Source of the DNA: Cycas panzhihuaensis
Taxonomy: Eukaryota; Plantae; Cycadophyta
DNA length: 64,000 nt
Direction: 5' to 3'
Assembly: GCA_023213395.1 (NCBI GenBank)
Contig: CM041465.1
Coordinates: forward strand, 196,299,741-196,363,740
Numbering within the stretch: position 1 is the first letter of the stretch; every line of letters starts with the position of its first letter. The position numbers were made by a program, and so were the translations under genes. Positions 39,201 through 51,389 of this stretch are shown here, piece after piece. The notes under the pieces are model-generated. The model did no database searches and was not told where the DNA came from. It worked only from the letters and a program-made list of their open reading frames with translations.

Positions 39201-40473
39201 TATCATCACCAAATATTATTGATCATTTCTTGCTTTTATCCAAGGTTTGAAATAGGTGTTTCTTGTGAGTCATATGGATTGAACAACCTGAGTTAATATA
39301 CCAACTGCCATCCTTTTCTTTTTTGGCAATAAAACTGGATAAAAATAATCTATTATTATCCCTTGTTTCTATAGTGGTATGAGCACTCCCTTTGATGGGT
39401 GGTCCATGTTTCGAGAAACACTTATCTTCTGAGTGACCACTTCGATGATAATATATGCAATATAAGGGTTCTCTTTTTCCATTACTTAGACTTCTGCTTC
39501 TTGGATGGGTTTTATCAATGTTGGAAGGTCTCCCCCTTTTCTCATAATGTGGAGGTAGATTTTTCATTTATCTTTTATCATAGTAGTCCTAATTTGATCT
39601 TGAGGTTTGAACATTTCCTTGACAATTAGGGCAACATGTGTGTCTCTCATATTGTTTTCCTTGATTTGGGTACCTAGGAAGGTTCACATTTTGTTGATTC
39701 TCTCATTGCCTCCTTTGATGTTGAGTTTGGTACTTAGGTGGGTCTTGTCTCACATCCCTTCTAGGGTTTCTATCCCTTCTCTTAAGAGGTGATTCCCTAG
39801 ATTTTGAAGTTCCTACTTGAGAGTGTGATTGAATCCTAGCCTTAGTGGCAAAAGCATGCTCAAGCGATTCATTAGCATTCTGTTGTTCTTTAACCAATAT
39901 TAGCATAGCACTTAGTTGCTCTACTTTTAGAGTACTTAGATCTTTTGACGCCCCTATACTTGTTGCAACTATTTCTAATATTCTAATAATACCAATACAT
40001 CTTAATATTCTTTCTACCACTCGTTGTTCTATCAAAGTGTCCCCAAGTGACTTCATTTGGTTGACTATATCTTAAACTTTAGTCATAAACTCGGTTATTG
40101 ATTTCATGAGCATCATTTGTAAATTTTTAAAATTGCTTTTAATATTTTAGAGCTTAAAGGAAGTAACTCATTCATAGATCAACTGGAGTGTATCTCATGC
40201 TTCTTTTAATTTGGTTAACTCGCTAACCCATAAAAAAACATGATCTTCTAACACAAAAAATATAAGTGCAAGTACTTCGTTATCCTTTTTAATGTTTTCT
40301 TTGTATGTGACCTTTTCAACATCAATTGTATTTTATCCTAACTCACTATATCATATTTTCACAATTTCCTATATATCGTTAGCAATGAGGATGGGTCTTA
40401 TCCTATTACTTCAGTTTAGAAAATTGTTTCCATTGAATTTAAGAATTATCATATTTCTAAAACTACATGCCAT
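36264..40473 (-). pseudogene. Copia gag-pol, fragmented
   Basis: Gag (LKFNGNNF; VVERILR; CIYYHRSGHSEDKC), protease (WYINSGCSIHMT), GAG-pre-integrase (LWYRRFKHLN), integrase (LVYIDICGPM; LRSDNRGEF), RT ([14 protein letters not shown]; TRPDV) and RNase H traces. Confidence 0.9.
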
Positions 40474-43473
40474 CTTTAGCTAAGGTTTTAAAAAGTGGTA
40501 AATAAAGTGAGATTTACAAATGTTTGAATTTGAATTTTAATCCAAGAGATAATATCCAAAGTCTTGTCCAAAGCTTAAGTTTAAGGGTCTTTAAGGGAAA
40601 CTTTTGGTTATTATTCTGTCTAGTGGCACCTACCCATAAGTGGTAAAATAGGGACCCAATATACCAATACGTAAACTCAATACTCGATATACCTCAGTAT
40701 ATGGGCTACTATAAAGGCTTTTATATCCCCCTGAGTTGTTGGTCCACCTGCACTAGACTTATGCTTAGCGACAGATCTAGCGGTGAAGGTTGCACAAATT
40801 AAGGTATTCACCCTCTCTAGGTCTAGCCTTGGTCTCTGAATACTAATAAAGGATTGATTCTCTACCTTAGCCTGACACCTAATATACCTTATAGACAATG
40901 GCTTTCCTCATCTAATATAAATAAGTCAGTTGTCATGTGCGTGGTGATAATTTCAAGGGTCCTAACAATTTTTCTTATAAAGTTGAAAAATAGTGTAGTT
41001 GATTTGAGAGTTATCTTTTTAATGTAAGAATATATTTAATTAGAGATGTAGTCTTGCTTAACTTTTATAAAATTTCTTTTATGCAAAAAATAAAATAACT
41101 CAAAAATTACATCCTCTAAGCAAGACAAATATAAAGATTAAATTTTATGAAATAGAAATATGCTTCAAACTTTCTTCAAATCTCAATAAAGCAAGTAAAT
41201 GAAATAATGATACTTTTCTTCTTCAAATAAGTCAAAAAACATAAGTTAGTATGTAAATTAATTTTTTCAAATTGATATATTTTATAGAAAAAATAAGAAA
41301 CTATATGCTCATTTTGAATGCGATGTAATAAAAAGTCCTTTAATACTTTGAAATGCAAACTAGTTTTTGAGACAAATAATTAATAAAATCTTACAACTAA
41401 ACTTTGTAGCTTTTAAATTGAATAAGGAATTAAAGCCTTTAATAAAAAATAAGATGACTTCTGTGTCAAATTATGCAAGACAATATAAATGCCTAATTAT
41501 TCCTTTGTAGAGCAAGAATAACTATATGAAAACTTGAAATTTATAAGTAGAATCTTTACTTAAAGTAATAAAAATGTTATAAAACGGTATATATAAAATA
41601 AAATAGATTTAATATAGATTGTATCCATTTATTGATTTTGCACCACTTAGGTTGCTTGAAGCTTAAGGTGTTGAAAATAATATCTCTTGACTACAAAATA
41701 GCTTAAAAGTATATACGAAGACCAATAATAACTCCAGGAATCAATTAGTAATAAATAATACTTCAAATATAATATTTTGAAATAATGAAATGCTTAAAAA
41801 AGTTATAAAACATGCATGTATAGGTTTGAATAGGAAGCTCAAGTTAATTAGCTTCAAAAACCTACAAAACAATGTTAAAATGCAATAAAACTGATTATAA
41901 TTTGTAATACTCTGAAATACCTTTCCAACAAATTTAACGGTTCGAAAAATAGAGTTGATATGATAAAGCTATTACAGAAATGTAAACAAGCCTCTTTATA
42001 GCTAATAAGATAATAGTTGAAAAAATTGGTCACTTTTACCAATTAAAAATTAGCCAAAACAATCTTAAATTTAACAAGTAATGATTCCACACTATATTGT
42101 TTTGATATACGATCCTAATAAGACTAGTTTCACTAAAAATCGATATGTTAATAATGAGTTACACCATTAAATATGATGGTGTCTCTTTGAGAAAAAATAT
42201 AAAGAAAACTTTAATAAAACAAAGTAGTCCCTTTTAAAAAATTAGGTGCACAGTCATATGGGGTGGATTTAAACTATAACTTAGATCTTCACAAGAAAAG
42301 TAGACCCCAAACACTTAGTAAACACTCGTCTATCGACGAAGGCACCTGAGGTGAAAAAAATCTCTTGAAAAAAAAGTGAAAATAACTCTTAATTAGCTTA
42401 AGACCAAAGTCACATGTAAAGCAAATAGGGGTCTAAGTGAAGGGGGCTTAGACCCATTTTAAACCCGGGTTTGGAATATATTTAGCAACAATTAATTTTT
42501 ATTAATATTTATAAACTTTAGGTAATAAATAAAATTGATTTAATATATCAAAATAATATAAAAATTTAATTTTTTTTCAATGGTCATGGTTGCGCGACCT
42601 GCGTGATGATGCAAAGGCAAGAAAAATGCAAAACAAAGACCAATCTTCAATATGAGAGATGTAGAAATAAAGTTTGAGGCATTGTGGACTAAAATATAGA
42701 GTTAGATCGAGCTAAAAATAGATCAAGAAATGATTTTAAACACGTTTTTAACCAGTTATATGGTGACGCAGATGGAGGACCAGCGAGAGATATATTTGAG
42801 AACTGAGGTGAAATCTAGGGAGAATGATCACTAAACAATGATTAGATATCTTCTTCTTTTATCATGAAATAGGGACTCCCAGCTTCATGGGCATAAATCA
42901 TTAAAAAATAATAATAATTATTATTATTATTTTAAATAAAAAATGAAGACAAAATTAGAGAAATACTTGGATACAAAGGTTCCGACGACTCAAACTTATC
43001 GTTGGATACATGGATCCTCACGAAATTTGAAACGTAACTAGATATGTTTAGTGGCTCAAAGTTGGTAAAATTTCACGAGGAATGGTTGCCTGTAAAGTTA
43101 GAATGAGACTTTGGAGCAAAACATACAAAAAATAGACATATATTGACTCTATGAGCAATATCTCTCAACACAATCAACAAAAAAACGTGAGATCTTTTCC
43201 AACAACTAGATGACTCAATTGTGATCATAACAAGTAGTCATATGCTATGGTTCTAAGCAACATAGGAGATGCACCATCTGGTTCTAAAATGACTACCAAT
43301 GGTTCCAAAAAATGAATAATGAAAAAAATAACGTAATATAATGAAATATTAAAAAAAATATTATCAAATTTCTCTATAGTTTAAAATGCTTGATTAAATA
43401 ATATTACTTCGTACCAAATAACATGGAGAAAGTGTTGTAACCCCAATCCACCGAACCACGCTTTGATATCAAA

Positions 43474-43834
43474 TGATGGAAGTGAGGTGCAGAGTGGGAC
43501 CGTTTACAATGGCGAGTACATAATTCGCAAATGAAAGTTAATATCTCTAATCAAAACTTTGGTAGTATTAAAAAACACTATGGAGGTATTTCTACCCCTT
43601 TTATAGGCAATTTTGGGGAGGCAACCAACACCTCAACCCGGCATATTGAATATTCAAAATAATATTAAAAAATAATATGCAATAATTAAACACATACCTT
43701 AATAGTGATGTGTCGGCTCTTTTGGACAGTGGTGCCAGTTGCTATGTGGCCCGCGGTGACCTAGGGAGGCCCAAGGTGGCCTTGAGGGTCCCTAGGTGCA
43801 CATTGTCATAGGTGCATTGGGTATTATCCTAACA
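43474..43834 (-). repeat. 5' LTR of copia element
   Basis: Direct repeat of 35895-36254 with adjacent PBS. Confidence 0.92.
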
Positions 43835-45588
43835 TAAATCACTATACCATATCACACCTTGTAACCAATGACAACATCAATCCTCAGTTCACCTAAAGTA
43901 AATCTCTACAACATTTATTGTTGTGCTCTAGAATCACAACGGACCATCACACCAACTTCACCGAGCAAAATTTGTGCCACCCACTTAAAATTCTTTCTGC
44001 CAAAGGTGCAAATTCACTATGATCACAAAACTCTATTCACTTGCCAAGCACTTGAAATATAAGATACCAAGTGCTACACCCTACTACAACACTACTAAAA
44101 CCATTTACAAAAATAATACATGAACAAAATCTACCAATCCTACTACAACCAAGGACAACCACCTTCACACCCCAAAACAACATCATAAAACACCTCCAAT
44201 AGATCCCCTAAAGACCATTAAACCCTACACAAAATTAACCTCAAGAGGAAAAGCCCCAAGGAGTAGAGAAAAATCTCTACCCACTAGGATCCCATAATTG
44301 AGATCTAAGCCAGACAAAACCTAAAACTAACCCTAAGGTTAAAGGTAAGGATGGGGCAAAACCCACCCCAAAATAATAACAAAACAAGCCAGACAAGCTT
44401 AATTCCTTACCACTAATCAGAAAAAATATTACCACAACAGATAAATAGGACAAACTACTTTCAGCCAAAGATTGAAAAGACCAGAGGATCAAACAATCTC
44501 GTGTGGAGAGAAGACCTACTCATCGATAAAGGGAACATATAAGAGGCCTTTAAGCAAGCACATCTACACCTCAACCACTCTACCTAAAAAAGGATGAGAG
44601 CTAATTTGATCTTCCACACCATTGATGGATCTTTTAGATGAAAGAATCTCTCAAGTAGCACTTGCTTAAAATAGATAATCCATTCCGCAATTGTGCAGTC
44701 ATCCTCCAAACATGGATCACACCTCAAAAGATCATCCCAATGGGCCTTCACAACTCACAGGTCTATTAGGGCCATCCTATGATGAACCCTAGAAACCTTA
44801 TATACCTTCATCTTTCTCTCTCAACGTCACATCACTCGATGTTTAAGACTATTAATATCCATAGCAATAGCTACTAATCTAATAGCAATGACCTTATATT
44901 TAAATATGAAGACAATGCCATCCAATAGACAATAACTAATAAAATAAGCTAATAGTGCATAATATAGATCCAGTTAGTCCATAATGTAGATAGAAATCCA
45001 TCTTAGAAAAGCAGCATAGCCCTAAATACTAAGGATCATGCATAATTACTCTTTTACTAACCTTTGCAACCCAATCATAAATCTAACCCCTAAAGAGAAA
45101 AGGTTGATTCATCAAAGATCATCCACTAGCTATTTACTACTCATATTTTAGAGATTCAAACATCACTTGAAAGGTGTGTGAAGAGTACAAGTAATAGGCA
45201 GTCTCTATTGAAACATAATATTTAATGCTGGTTTATGTTTTTTGTTAAATATCCCCCTTAACTCTCATAGATATATTTTATTGTGATATTGAGATGTGTG
45301 CATGAGTGAACATCTATTTATGTAATTATCCCATGGTGGATATAAATGTTCTTTTATTTAATTAATTAAGTATGAGATTATATGTACTATAAGTATGTAT
45401 TTATACCTAATGCAATAATTCAGAAAATGATTATTTTTTTACATCTTTATTGTCTTTTATATTGCACATACTTTATCTTTCATGTATTAATTTATCATTT
45501 TATCTTTAATGCCCCATCCTTGTAATATTATTTACATTCATATCTTTATTATGATTTCAAAGATATCTTTGAATCCATGTTTCTAATA

Positions 45589-45705
45589 TAATATCATAGC
45601 AATTCTAGTTCTTATTTTGACATAAGTTGAATCCAAGCCACTCGTCCATGTTTTTAACATAATATCATAACAATTCTAGTTCTTCTTTTGACATAGTATC
45701 ATAGC
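45589..45705 (+). promoter_or_regulatory. Degenerate tandem tRNA-iMet PBS array at the 5' LTR end
   Basis: TAATATCATAGC (45589), TAATATCATAAC (45660) and TAGTATCATAGC (45694). The spacer AATTCTAGTTCTT(A/C)TTTTGACA follows the first two. Confidence 0.75.
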
Positions 45706-45739
45706 AGGGTTGAATCCAAACTGCTACAATGAGGTGAAG

Positions 45740-46570
45740 ATCTTGTCAATTAAAACCCTGAACCCTTTTGAACCTGTACAAGAACCTGCAAATGGATGAT
45801 AGTAGAGCCGAATGTATTACTACATAGTCGTCATCTAATCGCTGATCTAGATTGCCCATGCCTACTTCATCTATACAAATGACGATAGGTGATATGAAAG
45901 ATAGAACTGGAGGAGTAAAACCATATGTAGTTATGGATAGATGGGAATAGTTGCATGCCCCTATTCCAACCGTAGAGAAACCCTACTCGTCCCAACGGTA
46001 ATCTCAGTTGCCATGCACTGGAGAAACCACTTATAAAGGATGAAGCACAAGAGAAGGTCTGTCTGCATCATACGCAGAGAAGAATCTGCGGACCTTGCCA
46101 TCAACTGCGGATTTATGGATAAAAAACTGTGTCCTTTTAAGTGTTGGAATACCTGTTGAAGTGATAACGGGAAATGAAGAAGAAAATTACAGCTGTGAGT
46201 AGCCGCCCGCAAAGACCCCGTAAAGGAAACGCAGAAGGAAATTCGTCTGCACTTTTGATTCATAAGCCGACTGCCATTTTCTTTGGAACTGTTCGTTTGC
46301 CTACATACCAGCTGTGAAACAGAGCCACCAACGGCCTGCTACAAGGGATAAACCCTTTCTACCACGGAATATGGAAGTAACCAGAGGTCAAAGCCACCTG
46401 TTGGATATGGCTGCCTTGAATTGCCTGAGAAATACAAGCAGATGACGCCAGCATCATAAAAGGAGCACGCAAATCTGGACAAAAACCGGAGGCCAGCTAC
46501 TGCAATCACTCACCCACCCATGTTCTTTCGATTCGAGACGGTCCCATAGCCACACTGGATGTCATGCATG
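45740..46570 (-). other. Putative spliced gene fragment or lncRNA (six exons), product unidentified
   Basis: GT-AG introns at 46425-46513, 46312-46397, 46153-46252, 46018-46093 and 45786-45981. Acceptors TTTCTCAG, TTTCACAG, TTCAACAG, TTCTCCAG and ATTTGCAG are good, and one donor is GTGAGT. CpG-rich. No fully open frame. Confidence 0.55.
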
Positions 46571-46664
46571 AATCATTTATAATCCTACCAGATTTACAAT
46601 CTTCCGCAGCTGCTAAATGTAGAGATCATGATCCGTTATTGTTGTAGACACTGATCATCGCCCC

Positions 46665-46953
46665 TGCTCGAAGCCATAATTTGATCGATCGGATTCAATC
46701 GATATGATATAGCTATATTTTTTTGCTCGAAGCCACAATTTGACCGATGGGATTCAATCGATTTGATATAGCTATATTTTTCTTCGATCGATTCAAACGA
46801 TTCAGTGATTTTTAACTAGAGAGAAATAACACACAGAAAAAAATAAGGCATATGCGCAGATTTGATTTTTTGATACCCGATTGATTCAATCGATTCGGTG
46901 ATTTTTAACTAGAAAGAAATAACGCATACGTACAGATTTGATTTTTCGATATC
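46665..46953 (+). repeat. Two pairs of tandem repeats (59-bp and ~93-bp period) rich in ATCGAT
   Basis: TGCTCGAAGCCA starts at 46665 and 46724. GAT(C/T)GATTCAA..GATTC.GTGATTTTTAACTAGA starts at 46786 and 46879. Confidence 0.9.
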
Positions 46954-48285
46954 ATAAAAAAAATTGTAAATGTATAAAAAAATAGAATAATTTTTAATAA
47001 TTTTGTTTTGTTAAACATCACACATTTTTTCATAAATCGTTGGCAGTTTCTTTTTTAATAATTTCTCACTCTCACGGAGAATTCATTATCATTATTTACG
47101 TTAGATTCATTGTTTCGAGACAGTTGAATCTTAAGATATAGTTTAAAATTCAAAAGTTTGTTATTTTAATTAGTAAAGTTCATAAAATTAGTTAAAATTT
47201 TATAAAAGATGTATTTCATAACAATTTTTAGATTTGTTTTTACATGTCTTACAATTTTCTAACATTTTTTATAGAATGGTAATCTCGTTTCAACATTTGA
47301 ATGAAAAAATAAGTATGTTTGATTTAAATTAAAACAAAAAATGTTTATTTACGATAGTTTAAATATTCTTAAAAACTCTTGTTACACTTATGAGAATTTT
47401 TTCTTGCAAATTATATCTAGTATTTGCTTGTTGGTAGTTGTATTATTGTCATTCAATAGAAGATTGTTTATAGAAGCATATTCGATTATTAGTAAACTTG
47501 GAGGATTAAACTCTAAGTGATACTTATATGTATTCTTGAAGAATCACATAAGTTTCAAAGTGTATATTGCTCATATCCTTGAAAGAATCATAAATTGGTT
47601 GCCTCAAACATAAACAGAGTTGTTTTGGTTCTCAACTTATTTGCTTAGAAGACTTAGTTTTGAAATAAAGTTAACTAATATTAATTGAACCATGTATTCA
47701 AAGGAGGTTCATATTCAATTGGCGATTGCAACGATTGGTTACCCATACATTCTGATAGATAGACTTTTTTTCATATGAACTTCAGTAGATTTCATTTGTA
47801 GCATGCAAATATAGCTAAAACCATATGGAACTAGTCTTGATTTGTTCTAATACATTTTTACACAATGTGCAGATATGAAGTTAAAGATTATGGAGGGGGG
47901 TGTTAAAACATAATATTTAATGTTGATTTATGTATTTTATTAAGTGTCCCCCTTAACTTTCATAGGTATATTTTATTATAATATTGAGATGTATGCATAG
48001 GTGCACACTTATTCATGTAATTGTCCCATTGGTGGACATAAGAATTTTTTTACTTAATTGGACAAATATGAGATCAAATGTACTATAAGTATATATCTAT
48101 GCCTAATGCAATAATTCAAAAGGTACTCATTTTTCTAGATATTTATTGTCTTTTATATTGTACATACTTTATCTTTGGTGTATTAATTTATTATTTTATC
48201 CTTAATGTCTCATACTTGTAATATTGTCTACATTCATATTTTCATTATGGTTTTAAAGGTAATATTTAAATCACTATTTTTAGCG

Positions 48286-48365
48286 TAGTATCAGAGCAAT
48301 TATGGTTCCTATTTTGACATGGTATCAGAGTAATTCTGGTGCATATTTTAACATGGTATCAGAGC
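48286..48365 (+). repeat. Three tandem tRNA-iMet PBS units (34-bp period) inside the 3' LTR
   Basis: TAGTATCAGAGC (48286), TGGTATCAGAGT (48320) and TGGTATCAGAGC (48354). The spacers end TTTTGACA and TTTTAACA. Confidence 0.92.
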
Positions 48366-48724
48366 AAGGTTGAATCTAAGGTTTTCATTGTGATTTCAAA
48401 GATAATCTTTAAATCCTTAATCTAACATTCTCACTACTATCACTACCTTACTCAAAGGAAGTTCATTCATCGATCTTTGATCCTCTTATACAAAATTTAA
48501 TTCAATATCAATCCTATTTGTATATTAAACATAACTAATAGAATGTGTAGCTTTAACTAGAATATTGATCATATAGGGAAAGATATAAACCTATACTAGA
48601 TCCACTACTAGAATTGATGAACAAGGTTCCACAAGCTTGACCACTGCCACATGCACCCTATTATATCAATAAATATCAAAGGCACAGTAGCTAGACTCCC
48701 AGATCCCATGCCAAGGCATAGCTA

Positions 48725-48772
<48 letters not shown>
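48725..48772. repeat. (AT)13(AG)11 microsatellite
   Basis: Directly visible. Confidence 0.95.
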
Positions 48773-48774
<2 letters not shown>

Positions 48775-50599
48775 TCATGTATTCTCCATAATGATCACTA
48801 GAAATTGGCATAACAAATTTTCAAGCACGTAGAAATGAGTTAACAATATGATAAACTTAAAACCTTAGTAAATTTATCAATTATAATTTGAAATATATAC
48901 TATAACCACTTAAAGTGCATGGTACAAGTGTGCTTGGCTCAATTCTATAGTCATTTTTTTCTAAATTTAATCATCTATATCTCTAAAATAGTTGTTGTTT
49001 GATAGAAACCCTAATTAACCAAAATCATGTGATGATAGCACTTACAATCACCATTCAAATTTACACGTAAATTTCACATGAAAAACACCACTAGAACCTG
49101 TCTAATACTCCTAATTATAAGTAGTTGAATATTAGTAATAACTCTTAATTGTACTAAAAAAATAAAAGACTCAAACAATAATGAATATGCTAATATACAA
49201 AAGACTAAAATGGGAATAAATATGATATTTTACAGTGCAACAAAATAGTATTCAATAGTGCAACTTATCTTAAATAAAAACATTATGTAAGATAACAAAA
49301 TATCTATTATAGTAGTTATCTATATTCAAGACAAAAAAACATTTAAAAAGTGTCTTATTCCAAAGGGGAAAAAATCCTAATTTTTTTTCTAAATAATCCA
49401 CGTACTCCTTACATACATGCATTCACATAATTTATTAATTATTTTATAGTGAGGTATATCTCAAGCTAATATAATTAATATTCTAAGATGCAACTAGATT
49501 CCAATAGTTTTGCTTTATTATTACAATCTTGAAACTGACATAACTTTCTCATACATTATCTATTCAAAACCGACAACCATTAATTTTAATATCTTCTATG
49601 TTTCAAAGGTACATTTATCCATTGAATGTGGCAAACATCCAATAATAAGAATATCATTTGTGGATTATAAGAGATTTGAATTGATAGCTCAAACATGCCC
49701 TATATATGACTATAAGGCCTTACATAATCATTAACATATCCAATGTAGATTGTAAGGTCTAATTGTTGGATTTAGTAGGCTAAATACATCATAAAGATCT
49801 AATGGACTAGACACTATAGAGATAGCACTTAGAGGTTAGCAAGAGACCAAACTCCATGTAAGTGATAACTAGTTACCCACTAAGATAGTGAGTTACGTTT
49901 GCTTATCTTCAATCGCCACCACTAGGAGATGCATATAGCTAATGCGTCCAAGAGGAGTTAAAGAGATTAAGGACAACTCCATGGTGAAACTAAAAGGAGC
50001 ATGACTATTGTGTGAGGACAATTATGGGACTAAAAAATAGACCTAATCATCATTTTTGATATTGGCATAATAGAATGTTTGACTTAATAGACTAGAGGCA
50101 TTATAGAAGAAGGTAGTGTTAACATGAATAGATAAAATTTCATTTCCAATGATAGATAGATAGGGGCAATGTGCATAAAAATGGACAACAATGACTTCTC
50201 AACTACAATTCTCTTCTCATACTTGCAACTTCAACATGGAAAACTTGTGTTATATAACAAGGTAGGTTACATAACATTTTGAGTTATAGCTTGTATAGAA
50301 TTATTAAATTTCTTCAACAAATTAGATGATAGGATGGCCTCTTATATTAAGATTTATTTTGCCTTCCTTGTATATTATTATATTTTCATTTCTATTCCTC
50401 AAATATGTTGTGTATTTCTCAATAGTAAGTAGAAATTCTCATCTTATAAGACAGAAAATATCAGTGCCCATGTTAATATGAATTGAAATATTCATTAATT
50501 TAATAACAACATAATTGGGTAATAGTTTCCAACCAATCATTATGACTTGCAAGTTAGTTATTACTATAATGGCTCCAAGTGATTGTTGAGTGATAGCTT

Positions 50600-51100
50600 G
50601 TCATCATTTATATATTAGAAATTGCCTGATAATGATTATGCATCTTTCAATAGTCATATGCCATGTGATCAAATCATACTTTAAAATAAGAGGGGTCTTT
50701 GCATGTCCACATTCTCATTTGTGTCTAATGTTTAAAAGAAGCATTTATTGGATGCGCTAGATTACTTGTGAGCTGAGCTCAAACCAATGGTAGAGAATGC
50801 TCCTTGCCAAATCTTATTCTAGATATGCTTAAACCAATCAGATGAAAAATGTTCCCAACTTTCTGAACCTTATTTTAGAAAAACTCAAACTAAAGCAAGA
50901 TATTGTTGCCAACTTTGCAAACCTCATTTACATGTTTTTAATAGCCTTTTCCCATTGAGGAGTAAATATATCCTACTATTGAGAGATTGTCCAAGTGTTT
51001 AGATTCTCTCATTCTATTAGAGCTCTGGAACTTTACTAGCATTCATATGTTATTGCCAAACTATTCCATTAAACTTTCACCTTCTTGAATATTGTAGGAA
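50600..51100 (-). mobile_element. Highly decayed L1-type LINE reverse transcriptase remnant
   Basis: Ordered traces MNASKVPE (cf. KAPGPDG), FHLIGLS..KI (cf. FRPISL..YKI) and LILKYDL..MAYD (cf. KLDFEKAYD) occur with plausible spacing. Several frameshifts must be assumed. Confidence 0.5.
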
Positions 51101-51389
51101 CTTGTATAGTTTCGAAAGCAATGACTATAACAAAGAGGTCCAACATAAGGACCATGGGATTGTAGAGGAATGATCCATGACCACATTAAATAAAACTCAT
51201 CCCATACATGGTAATAAACTAGACCCACTTTTGAATGTACATTTCAATGATTGTTCAATCAATGGAAGGAGAATATATCCAAAAGTATGCCTTGAACACT
51301 AATTTGATGTGAACTTTAAATCTAGAACTACACTAAATATTATCTTTGTACAATATGGAATTAAGTATAATTTCTATGAATTCTAAGAC

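Larger units (their letters stand above)
35895..43834 (-). mobile_element. Full-length decayed Ty1/copia retrotransposon
   Basis: LTRs 35895-36254 and 43474-43834 are about 360 bp. Flanks TAATT/TAAAT give a 4/5 TSD. The minus-strand PBS GCTTTGATATCA is at 43460-43471 and the PPT TTCTCCCCC at 36255-36263. Domain order is gag-PR-INT-RT-RH. Confidence 0.92.
45206..48427 (+). mobile_element. Non-autonomous LTR element with tandem PBS arrays and an antisense gene-like insert
   Basis: Diverged LTRs start at 45206 and 47901. PPT GGAGGGGGG is at 47892-47900 and the element ends TCTAACA at 48427. Flanks GTCTC/TTCTC give a 4/5 TSD. Multiple iMet PBS copies; no pol. Confidence 0.88.

Noticed and set aside
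34526-43834. RGP copy transduced by the adjacent copia element
   Set aside because: RGP lies outside the LTR pair, and the TSD-like flanks indicate the copia inserted independently about 375 bp from the RGP start.
45961-46263. 100-aa minus-strand ORF as a standalone gene
   Set aside because: It runs through predicted introns and has no recognisable domain.
48286-48365. CRISPR-like repeat-spacer appearance
   Set aside because: The spacers are near-copies of one another, the repeat is the tRNA-iMet PBS, there are no cas genes, and the context is plant TE DNA.
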